From Verrucomicrobiota bacterium (GTDB taxonomy: Bacteria; Verrucomicrobiota; Verrucomicrobiia; Limisphaerales; CANJXF01): a stretch of 64,000 bases of DNA. The DNA is taken from positions 1 through 64,000 of the forward strand of contig JBBQRQ010000016.1 in NCBI GenBank assembly GCA_038214755.1, given 5' to 3'. Under the pieces are notes generated by a model, which saw only the letters and a program-made list of their open reading frames with translations, was not told the origin of the DNA and ran no database searches. This document shows, in pieces, positions 1-9,323 of this stretch. Numbering within the stretch: the first letter of the stretch is position 1; every line of letters begins with the position of its first letter. The position numbers were made by a program, and so were the translations under genes.

Positions 1-125
1 CACAAAATTTTCTCCCGGGGCGGCCCCGGTGTTCCCCCGGGGTGTGGGTGTTTTGTATGGGGCGGGTGTTTATCCCCCTTCCCCCCCCCCCCGCTCCGGG
101 GTGGTTGCGGCCAGTGGGCGAAAAT

Positions 126-1370
126 TTATAACGGGCTGCTCAATTTTTCCCAGGCCACGTCATTCAAAAGAACCTTTTGGAGGAACTCTTCGTTTTCTTT
201 TACCACCGGAGGTTGAGTGGGACTGGTCTGCAGCTTCAGCACAAAAGTGGTGCCCTGGCCTTCACTGAGGGCCTCAATCGTTCCGCCGTGATGATGCACT
301 ATAAAAAAACAAGCCATCAAATTGATTCCGTATTCTCGCGGTGTGTCGCTGCGCAAAACGAACGGGTCAAAAACAAGTTGCACGGCGTCCCGCGGCAACC
401 CGGGCCCGTCGTCAGTCATCTTGACTTCGATTGCTCCACCCTGACCCGAGGCTGAAAATCGGATCGTGCTCCCGAACGGCAAACTGACGATTTCGTCTTT
501 GAGCAATAATTCGAAGAGCCGCGAAAATTTCCGCCCGTCCACCAGCAGTGGAGGAAGCGAATCGGGGATATTGTTTTCCACTTTGATATTTTTCTCGGCG
601 AGATTGAGTTCCAGTTTTTTCACCACGTCGGCCACGACCTGGAAGAGGTTGACCCTGTCTTTAAATTCGGCTGATAAATTTTCCGAAGCGGCCCAAAGGT
701 CCTTGAGCATGGTGTTGATCTTCTCGATCTGGCCTTGCACGTCGGTGTGATACTCCTTCCAAAAATCGGGGTTGCGCAAATCCTCGGTCATTTTTTCCTC
801 GCGCATTTTTATGGGAGCGAGATCCAAAAATGTTTTCACCGCCACGAGCGAGTTGCGAATGTGGTGGCTCATCCCCGCGGCCAAAAGTCCCAGCCGCACC
901 GTATGCTCCGCGATCATCATGTTGCGCAGGACGGACATTTTTTCTTTCAACAACAGGTCGCGCTCCTGCTGAGTCACAAAAAATTCAAAGCCGCGCATCA
1001 AGGTCAATTCCAGTTGGGGCGGGTCCCACGGTTTGGTGACGTACTTGTAAATCGAACCGCTGTTGATGGCCGCAATCGCCGCATCCATGTCGGTGTAAGC
1101 GGTGGACAAAATTCGGATCATCCGCGGGCGCAGTTCCCGCGCTTTTTCCAGGAGCCAGACGCCACTCTCTCCCGGCATCCGCTGGTCGGTCATCAAAATG
1201 GCGATGTCATCCGCGTTGCCTTCGAGCAATTGAAATCCGTCCTGCGCATTGGACGCGGTCAAAATTCGGAACCGATCTTCGAAGGCGCGCGTGAAATATT
1301 TCAGCGACATCTCTTCATCGTCCACGTAGAGAATGGCAAAGCGTTTGTAATCGTAGGAAGCGGGCGTCAC
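126..1370 (-). CDS. Response regulator receiver + histidine-kinase-like domain protein (PhcQ/PhcR-like)
   Basis: N-terminal REC (ILYVDDE, TDQRMP, KPW). H-box-like SHHIRNSL and DDGPG are present, but the N-box (ELLLKD) and G2 box (YGINL) are degenerate. GTG start overlaps the upstream stop. Confidence 0.85.
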   Translation of the reverse strand: MTPASYDYKRFAILYVDDEEMSLKYFTRAFEDRFRILTASNAQDGFQLLEGNADDIAILMTDQRMPGESGVWLLEKARELRPRMIRILSTAYTDMDAAIAAINSGSIYKYVTKPWDPPQLELTLMRGFEFFVTQQERDLLLKEKMSVLRNMMIAEHTVRLGLLAAGMSHHIRNSLVAVKTFLDLAPIKMREEKMTEDLRNPDFWKEYHTDVQGQIEKINTMLKDLWAASENLSAEFKDRVNLFQVVADVVKKLELNLAEKNIKVENNIPDSLPPLLVDGRKFSRLFELLLKDEIVSLPFGSTIRFSASGQGGAIEVKMTDDGPGLPRDAVQLVFDPFVLRSDTPREYGINLMACFFIVHHHGGTIEALSEGQGTTFVLKLQTSPTQPPVVKENEEFLQKVLLNDVAWEKLSSPL

Positions 1371-4057
1371 AGGCGGATGATTGTTTGTTCGAGAGTTCCA
1401 CTCAAGCGTTTTGCTGGAAACTCCAAAGAGAATTCAGCGAACTTCCCAAGCTCAGTCGCGACGGTGATCCGCCCGCCGCACTCCTGGATGATTTGATAAC
1501 AAATACTCAGGCCCAAACCCATTCCCGCGCCGACCTCTTTGGTGGTGAAAAATGGATCGAAAATTTTATTCAAATCTTTTTCCGCGATGCCATTCCCATT
1601 GTCGCGAATCGTGACAATGCTTTTGTCATTTTCAATTTTGCCGCGGATCACAATCGACGCCTTTTCTCCGGCGGCAAAAGATTTGGCTTTCAAAGAATCG
1701 ATGGCGTTGTGCAACAGATTCATGAACACCTGGAGCAATCGGTTTTCACTCGCGAAAACGGTTTGCGCCTCGGGCAAATCAACCTGGATGTCAACGCGAT
1801 CCCTCCACTCATTGCTCAAAAAACGCAATGCGGAATTGACCACTTTGGAAACTTCGACCGGTCCTGCCTGTTCGCTTTCCGAGCGCGTAAATTTGCGCAG
1901 ATCGAGCACGATATTTTTTACGCGATTGATCCCGTCTTCCACGTCCGTCAGCGTCTCGGCGAACAACGCTTGTTGATCGGGCGAAAGGAGTTTTCCTTTG
2001 TTGCGCAACGTGTAAAGGCCGGTCGCCGCGTAGTTCAAAGGATTGTTGATCTCATGAATAATTCCCGCGCTCATCCGGCCCAGTGACGCCATTTTTTCCG
2101 TCTGCACCAATTGCATTTCCGTCTGTTTCAATTGCTCGATAGTCTGTTCCAGGAGTTTATTTTTCTCGGCCAATTTTTCCTGGTAAACGTGCGCGGCCAG
2201 AAGATTTTTGATGCGCACATGGAGTTCGGTTGTGGAAAAAGGTTTGGCCAAAAAATCATTCGCCCCGGCGGAAAGCGCCGCAAGTTTGGTCTGCTCATCA
2301 GCGCGCGCCGTCAGCATGATGATGGGAATATTTCGGGTCGAATTTTCCTCGCGCAATTCGCGACAAACTTGCAACCCATCTTTCTCCGGCATGTTCATGT
2401 CCACCAAAACAAGGTCGGGCAGATGTTCCAAAACTTTTTCCACCGCCTGTTTCCCATCGACCGCTTCGATCACTTGAAATTTATTTTTCAATTGCGATTT
2501 CAAAAAGCGCAACATGTCCGGTTCATCATCGGCAATCAGCAGGCGCGGGGCATCGCCATTGCGCGAATTTTCCGCGGACGAAACGCTTTTTTCCGTCATT
2601 GCCGCGGGAAAAAATTCAGCGCGCCGATAAAGATTGGCCAGCCACTCTTCTGACTGCGGACTGGCTGCTTCTGGGAGGGGACTTGATGAGATTGACTCCG
2701 CCAATGGCGTAGCTGGGGCCGGCTCGAGTTGCGACGCGACTTCGGCAGGCAAATAGGGAATATGCACCGTGAATTTTGTGCCCTTGCCTTCTTCGCTTTT
2801 CACGGAAACTTTTCCGCCGTGAATTTCGGTCAATTCTTTTACGAGTGACAGGCCGATTCCAACTCCTTGAAATTTCCGTTTCGACGAACCGTCCGCCTGC
2901 CAGAAGCGATCAAAAACAAATGGCAAGTTTTTCTGCGCGATTCCAATTCCGGTGTCCGTGACGGTCAGGAAAAAATCAGCGCCATTCCTGGCCACGCGCA
3001 ATTCGACCCGTCCTTCTTTGGGCGTGAATTTCAATGCATTGAAAACTAAATTCAGGACGACTTTTTCCAGCTTGTCGCGATCGACGAGCACCGCGCCGAA
3101 ATCAGGCTCGACCTCTATTTCAAATTTGATTCCTTTGTTGTCCGCCATTTGTTGGGCGGCGCTGGCGATGCCCCGAATGAACGCCATCATTTCCAGCGGC
3201 TCGCGTTTGACTTCCATGCGCCCGGATTCCAGACGGACCAGATCAAGCAAGTCATTGATGAGTTTCAAAAGCCTCATGCCATTGGCGTGCATGATGCCGA
3301 AAAGATTTCGCGTCTCGCCGTCGAAATTCGCGGAAGCTCGATTCATCATCGTTTCCAAGGGTGAAAGCAAAAGCGTTAGAGGCGTGCGCAACTCGTGGCT
3401 GATGTTCGCGAAAAAACGATTCTTGATTTGATCGAGTTCAACCAGCTTGCGATTACTTTCTTCGATGATGCGGCGATTTTTATCTAACTCCCATCGCAAG
3501 GTGAATTCCTGACGTCGCTCGCGGGCATTGGTAACACTGCGCAAGACAACGAAAGCGGCTGTGAGAAAAAGAAAAGTGGTGTTGTTGATGAGATAGTTCA
3601 ACGGTTGCCGAGTGGACATTGCCAGAGCGACCACCACATACATCACCAGCGTAAATACCGTAATGATCAAGTTCTGGATAGAAGTCCACGGCGAGACCAA
3701 TCCCATCGCGAGCAATATTATGTTTAGCCCGGCGTAGTAAGGAGATAATGGATCATTCACCGCATAGATCATCCAGAGGACCATCAGTAACGGGCCAAAG
3801 AACCAAGTGACCCCGAAAATTCGGCGATGACAATAAACGACCTGCGATTTGAACCATAACCAAACCAAAAAGGTGAGAAGCGCGGCGGCCACCCGTAGTT
3901 TGAAAAATGGCCACACTTTGTCTGGATACATGAAGTAATCCATAACAGAGCAGGACAATTGGAGCGGAATCGAGACCATCGTGCCGAGGGTCGCGTTGGC
4001 GATGTAATCTCGTCGATTTTGTTCCTCGTATGCTTTCTGAAACTCTGGATCGTTCAT
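1367..4057 (-). CDS. Membrane-bound hybrid sensor histidine kinase (TM-HisKA-HATPase-REC-HisKA-HATPase), PhcS-like
   Basis: About 5-6 N-terminal TM helices; SHELRTPL; NALKF/DTGIG/GIGLSL; REC (IADDE, DMNMP); second kinase HEINNPL, NAID, DNGNG, GMGLGL. Confidence 0.9.
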   Translation of the reverse strand: MNDPEFQKAYEEQNRRDYIANATLGTMVSIPLQLSCSVMDYFMYPDKVWPFFKLRVAAALLTFLVWLWFKSQVVYCHRRIFGVTWFFGPLLMVLWMIYAVNDPLSPYYAGLNIILLAMGLVSPWTSIQNLIITVFTLVMYVVVALAMSTRQPLNYLINNTTFLFLTAAFVVLRSVTNARERRQEFTLRWELDKNRRIIEESNRKLVELDQIKNRFFANISHELRTPLTLLLSPLETMMNRASANFDGETRNLFGIMHANGMRLLKLINDLLDLVRLESGRMEVKREPLEMMAFIRGIASAAQQMADNKGIKFEIEVEPDFGAVLVDRDKLEKVVLNLVFNALKFTPKEGRVELRVARNGADFFLTVTDTGIGIAQKNLPFVFDRFWQADGSSKRKFQGVGIGLSLVKELTEIHGGKVSVKSEEGKGTKFTVHIPYLPAEVASQLEPAPATPLAESISSSPLPEAASPQSEEWLANLYRRAEFFPAAMTEKSVSSAENSRNGDAPRLLIADDEPDMLRFLKSQLKNKFQVIEAVDGKQAVEKVLEHLPDLVLVDMNMPEKDGLQVCRELREENSTRNIPIIMLTARADEQTKLAALSAGANDFLAKPFSTTELHVRIKNLLAAHVYQEKLAEKNKLLEQTIEQLKQTEMQLVQTEKMASLGRMSAGIIHEINNPLNYAATGLYTLRNKGKLLSPDQQALFAETLTDVEDGINRVKNIVLDLRKFTRSESEQAGPVEVSKVVNSALRFLSNEWRDRVDIQVDLPEAQTVFASENRLLQVFMNLLHNAIDSLKAKSFAAGEKASIVIRGKIENDKSIVTIRDNGNGIAEKDLNKIFDPFFTTKEVGAGMGLGLSICYQIIQECGGRITVATELGKFAEFSLEFPAKRLSGTLEQTIIRL

Positions 4058-5502
4058 TGCGGTTTACGAACTTCTAAAAATATATTTGCGCCAGTCATCT
4101 CGGCGACCACTTTGCAATCATCCGGCGACGCCTGTTCGGGAGCGAGAGCAGCTAATTGTTTACCATCACGATAAATTAAAAACCATTCCAAAAAATGCTC
4201 GATGAAGTTCCTGACCGGCATGCACGGGGCAAAATTACCTACGACCAATAATCCACCGGGCAACAACTGATCGTAGAGGTAAGTGTTCAGCGCTTTGATG
4301 ACGCGGTCATTCAAGTAATCGTAAAGGCCGGAACAATAGATGAGATCGTATCTAGTCTTTTCCGACCCCGCCTTGCCTTTGTCCCGCAAAAGATTTTGCA
4401 CTGAGTTTTTAACCAACTTGATCGAAGTCCGCCGATTATGTTTTCGTCGGAGTTCATCCATTTTTTTCCCCGCATGTTCCAACGTTTCCTCATTGAAATC
4501 CAATAAGCGAAATTCGGCATGGTCGGCGAGCGGAGACTGTGCGAGAAAATTTTGTGCCTCCCAAGCGGGGCCGCACGCGATGCAATAGATCTTCGCCGTC
4601 CGGCCGAGCCGAATAACCCGACTCGTTTCATCCACGATTTTGCCTTGCAAAAATCCGACGCGATTTCTCACCGCCTGCGGGCCGACTTGCGCCAACAAAT
4701 AAGCATTAATGAGTTTTGCGTAGAGTGATTTCCCCTCTAGTTCGTTGCGCACGATCATGTTCATCATTTCATAATCGCCCGCATAACCCATCGGCTTGGC
4801 GTAGGTGCGATAGATGAAAGGAGCGCAGAGCAACAGCGGGTGAAGCTGGCGTTGGCCGAAAGCACGGTGGGCCGCGACCAACTCCTCTGGAATGGAGGCG
4901 GCCACACGTTCAAAGCGTTCGAACAGTGCGTAGATAATCGGGTTGGCGGGCAACTCCTGCAATATGGCTCGCTCTATTTTTAGACGATCATCGGGCGATT
5001 CGCTAAGTCCTAACTCAAGTTGATCCAGCCAGAATCGCAACTCTTGAAGCAAACTCTGTAAATCGGCAATAACCAGTTTGTACTCAGGAAGTATTTTATA
5101 AAACGTTTGCCACCGATCCATGAATGCTTTGAAGGCGGCCGGTAAAATTTTCTCCGGCTCGCCAAGTTGAAACAAGCCCACGTCAAATAAAACATTTTCC
5201 AGGGATGCCTCACAGACGACCGCCGTGCCAGAGTTCACCATGCTCGTGACGGTTGCCTTGCCGTCATAAACTTCGCGATCACCGGCGAAAATTTTAAATT
5301 CATCCAACACCTCGGAAAGCCGAAGAAAACTGTCGGGACTGTTAAGCTCGAATGTGACGGATTGCGGAGTCAGCCGCAGGACAGGGGAGCGAATCTCAAA
5401 GCCCTGGCTGGATTGAAATTTAATTTGGTTTGCGGTTCCTTCCAACAGCAGGGCAGGAGTTGCAGGGTCCATGTTGGTCAGCCAACTCTTGGGAAGAATC
5501 AT
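4054..5502 (-). CDS. Class I SAM-dependent methyltransferase, PhcB-like (fatty-acid methyl ester signal synthase family)
   Basis: KPMGYAGDYEMMNMI, IACGPA and YDLIYCSGLYDYL motifs. Start is probably ATG 5502 or 5472, because the ORF-track extension to 5610 runs into a repeat. Stop overlaps the kinase start (ATGA). Confidence 0.75.
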   Translation of the reverse strand: MILPKSWLTNMDPATPALLLEGTANQIKFQSSQGFEIRSPVLRLTPQSVTFELNSPDSFLRLSEVLDEFKIFAGDREVYDGKATVTSMVNSGTAVVCEASLENVLFDVGLFQLGEPEKILPAAFKAFMDRWQTFYKILPEYKLVIADLQSLLQELRFWLDQLELGLSESPDDRLKIERAILQELPANPIIYALFERFERVAASIPEELVAAHRAFGQRQLHPLLLCAPFIYRTYAKPMGYAGDYEMMNMIVRNELEGKSLYAKLINAYLLAQVGPQAVRNRVGFLQGKIVDETSRVIRLGRTAKIYCIACGPAWEAQNFLAQSPLADHAEFRLLDFNEETLEHAGKKMDELRRKHNRRTSIKLVKNSVQNLLRDKGKAGSEKTRYDLIYCSGLYDYLNDRVIKALNTYLYDQLLPGGLLVVGNFAPCMPVRNFIEHFLEWFLIYRDGKQLAALAPEQASPDDCKVVAEMTGANIFLEVRKPQ

Positions 5503-5565
5503 CGCGACAGGCTGCTCTAGCAAGGGACTAAATCCAAGCTTCAAAACTATGTAGTATCTGAGAAA

Positions 5566-5813
5566 GGCGCATCTCAGTTTCTTGCAACTCGAATACCCTC
5601 TCATTAGCACCCGGCTTCAGCCGGGTGAAAAGGAACCTATTGCGATCCTCAACCGCTTCAGCGGTTTCCCGCGTGGGGCAAACCGCTGAAGCGGTTGAAC
5701 TCACCTCACGACCACAACACCCGGCTGAAGCCGGGTGCTAATGAGATTCGGAACGAACATTGCAAGTGTTTAATGAGATTCGGAACGAACATTGCAAGAA
5801 ACTGAGATGCGCC
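5566..5813. repeat. Nested palindromic MITE/REPIN-like element (family A core)
   Basis: Perfect 22-bp outer inverted repeat GGCGCATCTCAGTTTCTTGCAA (5566-5587 / 5792-5813). Inner IR CTCATTAGCACCCGGCTTCAGCCGGGTG (5600-5627 / 5718-5745). Innermost AACCGCTTCAGCGGTTT pair. 28-bp direct duplication at 5739-5766 / 5771-5798. Confidence 0.85.
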
Positions 5814-5966
5814 CATCTGAAAAGATTTAAAATCCTTTGAGAATAAAAAATGAGAGACTCTTCATCGTTTTAATGTTTAAATTTCCAGCGAGGGCGCGCT
5901 GGCCCCCCCCCTTTGCTTTCAGCCACGGTCTCGTGTGAAATGCAGTTTGCTTAAGGACTCTTATCT

Positions 5967-7217
5967 ATGAAAACACAAAGATTGATTTTGAAACTGGCCG
6001 GGATGCGGCTGACTGGCGCGTGGTTTTTCCGCCGTGGACGTCTGGGCATATTGCGAATAGCTGTTCTTCTCGCGCTCATTCCTGGGCAAGCATTTGGTCT
6101 CGGCTCTCGCATCCCAAATCAAGACCCTGCTGCCATCGCGCGCGGGAACGCATTCGTCGCCACAGCGGATAACCCCGCCGCGATCTATTACAATCCCGCC
6201 GGCATCACCCAGCTTGAGGGGCAGAACGTTCAGGTCGGCTCTCTTTTTTATCTCAGCATCAATGCCGACTACGATTCGCCGTCTGGCGCGCGCACCCGCA
6301 ACGATCGAGACACGATTGTTGTCCCGCAATTGCACTACACCTTTTCTCCCAAAGGCCAGCCCTTCTCATTCGGTATCGGCATTTATGCCCCGTTTGGTTT
6401 GGAAATGGAATGGCCGGACAACGCTCCATTCCGCTCCGCTGGACTGGGAGCCAAACTTACCTACATCACAATTAATCCAGTCGTGGCCTGGCAACTACAT
6501 CCCACCTTGTCTGTGGCCGTCGGTCCTACCTTCAATTACTCGAAGGCGAAATTGCGGCAAGGTGTGGCGGTGCCTCCATACGAATTTCATTTCGAAGGCG
6601 ACGATACCACCTTCGGCTGCACCGCTGGAATTTTGTGGCAGCCCCATCCTCAATGGTCCTTCGGCGCGCGCTACATGAGCGCGACCTCGCTGGACTATCA
6701 AGGCACCGCGTCTTTTACTCCATCGGCGTCCTTCCTTCCGCCATCAACCCATACCAAAACTCATCTCGAGTTTCCTCAAATCGCCACAGTCGGCGTTTCA
6801 TTCCGTCCTACCACCAATTGGAATATTGAGGTGGACGTGGATTGGGGCGACTGGGGTGTGGTGAAGGGAGCCGCCATCCAGGGCATCGCCACTCTACCGC
6901 TCAACTGGCACTCGAGCTTTCTCTATGAACTGGGTGTGACGCGCCAATTGCGCGATGGCTATTTTATCAGCGCCGGATATTTTTTCAGCGAAGCCTCGAC
7001 GCCAGAAAAAAACTTCACTCCCCTCGTGCCCGATACCGACCTGCATGTTGCTAGTCTGGGTGTGGGCCACAAGGGCGAACATTGGAATTGGGCGGTCGCC
7101 GGTCAAATTATTGGCGGCGCGTTTCGTAAAGTGGAGAACTCTGACAACCCTACTGTCAATGGCCGCTATCGCCTTTTTGTCCCCACTCTCTCACTCTCCG
7201 TCGGGCGCCATTTCTAA
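5967..7217 (+). CDS. fadL: OmpP1/FadL family outer-membrane long-chain fatty acid/hydrophobic compound transporter
   Basis: Signal peptide; ARGNAFVATADNPAAIYYNPAG hatch motif; beta-strand pattern; terminal Phe. Confidence 0.85.
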   Translation: MKTQRLILKLAGMRLTGAWFFRRGRLGILRIAVLLALIPGQAFGLGSRIPNQDPAAIARGNAFVATADNPAAIYYNPAGITQLEGQNVQVGSLFYLSINADYDSPSGARTRNDRDTIVVPQLHYTFSPKGQPFSFGIGIYAPFGLEMEWPDNAPFRSAGLGAKLTYITINPVVAWQLHPTLSVAVGPTFNYSKAKLRQGVAVPPYEFHFEGDDTTFGCTAGILWQPHPQWSFGARYMSATSLDYQGTASFTPSASFLPPSTHTKTHLEFPQIATVGVSFRPTTNWNIEVDVDWGDWGVVKGAAIQGIATLPLNWHSSFLYELGVTRQLRDGYFISAGYFFSEASTPEKNFTPLVPDTDLHVASLGVGHKGEHWNWAVAGQIIGGAFRKVENSDNPTVNGRYRLFVPTLSLSVGRHF

Positions 7218-7267
7218 TTCTTGTTACCTTCCGATTTTATCAAATCATGGAGTTCATAAACGTTTTC

Positions 7268-7543
7268 GGAGCGCGGAATTTATTCCGCTTCCAGTGGATA
7301 ACAACCGGCAGGCGGCGAATCCCCGAACCGGCGGGTGTGATTTCAAATGGCGGTCACTCACGGTGCTGTGAAAAGCGGCGGAGGGCCGCCGCACTCCAAG
7401 ACGCTCGCGCGAATTACGATGGCGTACAGATCGTCGCGATAGCGTCTTGGAGTGCGCCAGTCCTCTGGCGCTCTTGTTCCGACCGCCCATTGAAATCACA
7501 CCCCAAACCGTCAGCCACCTTGAAGCGGAATAAATTCCGCGCT
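7268..7543. repeat. Three-layer nested REP cluster
   Basis: Outer GGAGCGCGGAATTTATTCCGCTT / AAGCGGAATAAATTCCGCGCT. Middle GGGTGTGATTTCAAATGGCGGTC (7333-7355) / GACCGCCCATTGAAATCACACCC (7481-7503). Inner GCACTCCAAGACGCT / AGCGTCTTGGAGTGC pair. Confidence 0.8.
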
Positions 7544-7571
7544 TCTCCTCCCGGTTCTCATCTCGATTCAA

Positions 7572-8939
7572 TCAGAGCTTCGGCTGCGCCGCTTCCCATT
7601 CTTTTTTGCTAACTTTTTTCCTCTCGTGGTGGTGGACGAACGTTCCTTTTTTGTTTCCGACGATGACGTCGGGAAGTTTGTCCCCGTTCACATCGGTGGC
7701 GACAACTTGCGTTCCAATTCCTGAATCGTTGTCGATCAAATGCGGAATAAACATGGCAGTCTTTTTCAGAGTCGAAGCGGATCGCGCAAGTTCCCCATCA
7801 ATGGTCTGTGTCGGCGGTGTGTCTTCACGGGTACGGACGAGTTGAAACCAATAAACAACCGCAGGCGCATTCGGTTCGGCATCACCGTGGGAACCATGCG
7901 CCCAAAAACGTTTGCCAGTGATGATGTCTTTCAATCCGTCACCATCCATGTCCACCAAATCGATCGCGTGAAGTTGCGCGATGGAGAGTCCAAATTCGTT
8001 CGGCGTTTTATCCGCATTAAGAATGATGTGTTGCTGAAATGGAATTTCGCCTTCATCGCGAATTTTTGGCAATTGCTCATACCACGCCAAGCCGTAGCCG
8101 TGTGCCGCGAGACTCGTGATGACATCATTCAAGCCATCGCCGTTCACGTCATAGATATACATTTGCGCGCCCCCCGCCGTGGCGAAGGGAAATTGATGCC
8201 GCGTCCAAACTGGATCCCCGGCGAGCGATTCCGGCTGTTCCCACCAACCATCTTTTTCCAAAATATCTTTGCGACCATCGCCATTCACATCGCCCACGCC
8301 CAAGCCGTGAGTGAAGCGTCCATATTTCATGTCGGGCGAAATAGTGTGCCAGATAAATTTGTTCGTCGGATTTTTCCAATCGGATTCTGCGTAACCGAGA
8401 AATCCTTTGGACGAACAAACAATTTCCGGTTTGCCATCGCCGGTCAGATCCAAAAAAGTCGGCGACTCATTGTCGGTCACGTCGAGCGTGGTGTGACGCA
8501 GCCAATGCCCTTCCTTGCCTTTTGGATTTTCAAACCACCACGATTCGTCTCCAGGAAAACCGAGAATCAAAATGTCCTGCCAGCCGTCTTTATTGAAATC
8601 GTAAGTGAACGCGAAAAAGTTTTTCGAATAAGTATTGTTCGTTCCGAGCGCGCCCTCGAAACCCGGGATTTCTTTCGTCGAACCGTCCGCATTTTTCACA
8701 GTGAACTTTTCCGTTGCTGGATAATATTCGTGAACCTTTTTAAAATCCGGCCCCTCATACCAGAACGGTCCGGAGACGATGTCCATTTTTCCGTCGCGAT
8801 TAAAATCGCCACAACTGGCGCCTTCGCTCCAAAATTTATCGGTGAGCTGAATTTTTTTGAAGGTGTGCAGCGCATAATCTTTGGCCGAAACCAAAAACGT
8901 CGCGGAGAAAAACGCGGAGAAAATTAAATGGCGAATCAT
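7572..8939 (-). CDS. Exported FG-GAP/VCBS repeat beta-propeller protein
   Basis: Signal peptide; repeated DFNRDGKMD, DFNKDGWQD, DLTGDGKPE, DVNGDGRKD, DMDGDGLKD motifs. Confidence 0.9.
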   Translation of the reverse strand: MIRHLIFSAFFSATFLVSAKDYALHTFKKIQLTDKFWSEGASCGDFNRDGKMDIVSGPFWYEGPDFKKVHEYYPATEKFTVKNADGSTKEIPGFEGALGTNNTYSKNFFAFTYDFNKDGWQDILILGFPGDESWWFENPKGKEGHWLRHTTLDVTDNESPTFLDLTGDGKPEIVCSSKGFLGYAESDWKNPTNKFIWHTISPDMKYGRFTHGLGVGDVNGDGRKDILEKDGWWEQPESLAGDPVWTRHQFPFATAGGAQMYIYDVNGDGLNDVITSLAAHGYGLAWYEQLPKIRDEGEIPFQQHIILNADKTPNEFGLSIAQLHAIDLVDMDGDGLKDIITGKRFWAHGSHGDAEPNAPAVVYWFQLVRTREDTPPTQTIDGELARSASTLKKTAMFIPHLIDNDSGIGTQVVATDVNGDKLPDVIVGNKKGTFVHHHERKKVSKKEWEAAQPKL

Positions 8940-8977
8940 GGAACGAGTATGTCCTTGAGTTTTTTCCGGTCAAGAAC

Positions 8978-9161
8978 GTAGCCGCCGACGTGAGGAGAAC
9001 TCCACGATTTGCAATCGGGCGCCGTGACCATGAACCTAAATTTTGCGCGGGAGCGTCTTGGACTGCGCCAGCCCTCTGGCGCTTTTGGAACGTCCCGGCA
9101 ATCCCAAAGCGGCAGAGGGCTGCCGCAATCCAAGACCTTGCGGTTTTTTCACGGTTCATGG
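8978..9161. repeat. REP cluster (GTAGCCGCCGACGTGAGGAG unit plus CCATGAACC/GGTTCATGG-bounded REP doublet)
   Basis: These units recur at 10818-10842, 19858-19925, 31963-31986, 41201-41268 and 7372-7472. Confidence 0.75.
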
Positions 9162-9188
9162 ATAGGCGGATCAGTTGGAGTGCGGTCT

Positions 9189-9323
9189 CTCATTAGCACC
9201 CTGCTTTAGCTGGGTGTTTGCTGAAGCAAAAAATTCTTAACCGTTTCAACGGTTTCCTATCGGATTGCAAAACGGTTGAAACGGTTAGTCATTTTCTCGC
9301 GACTCGCGACACCCAGCTAAAGC
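9189..9323. repeat. Family A palindromic element, right arm interrupted by the IS (remainder at 10775-10797)
   Basis: CTCATTAGCACCCTGCTTTAGCTGGGTG, then an AACCGTTTCAACGGTTT pair, then CACCCAGCTAAAGC|IS|GCTAAAGCAGGGTGCTAATGAG. Confidence 0.85.

Noticed and set aside
1..125. G/C homopolymer-rich stretch and the 29-268 ORF
   Set aside because: Low complexity at the window edge; more likely poor-quality sequence than a feature. The extreme C-terminus of the first gene may be affected.
5739..5798. 28-bp direct repeat resembling a mini CRISPR
   Set aside because: Only two copies separated by 4 nt, no cas genes, and it is part of a palindromic element.
7764..7835. Apparent ~20-aa insertion near the C-terminus of the FG-GAP protein
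   Set aside because: No palindrome or match to repeat families in the window, so it is not counted as a coding REP.
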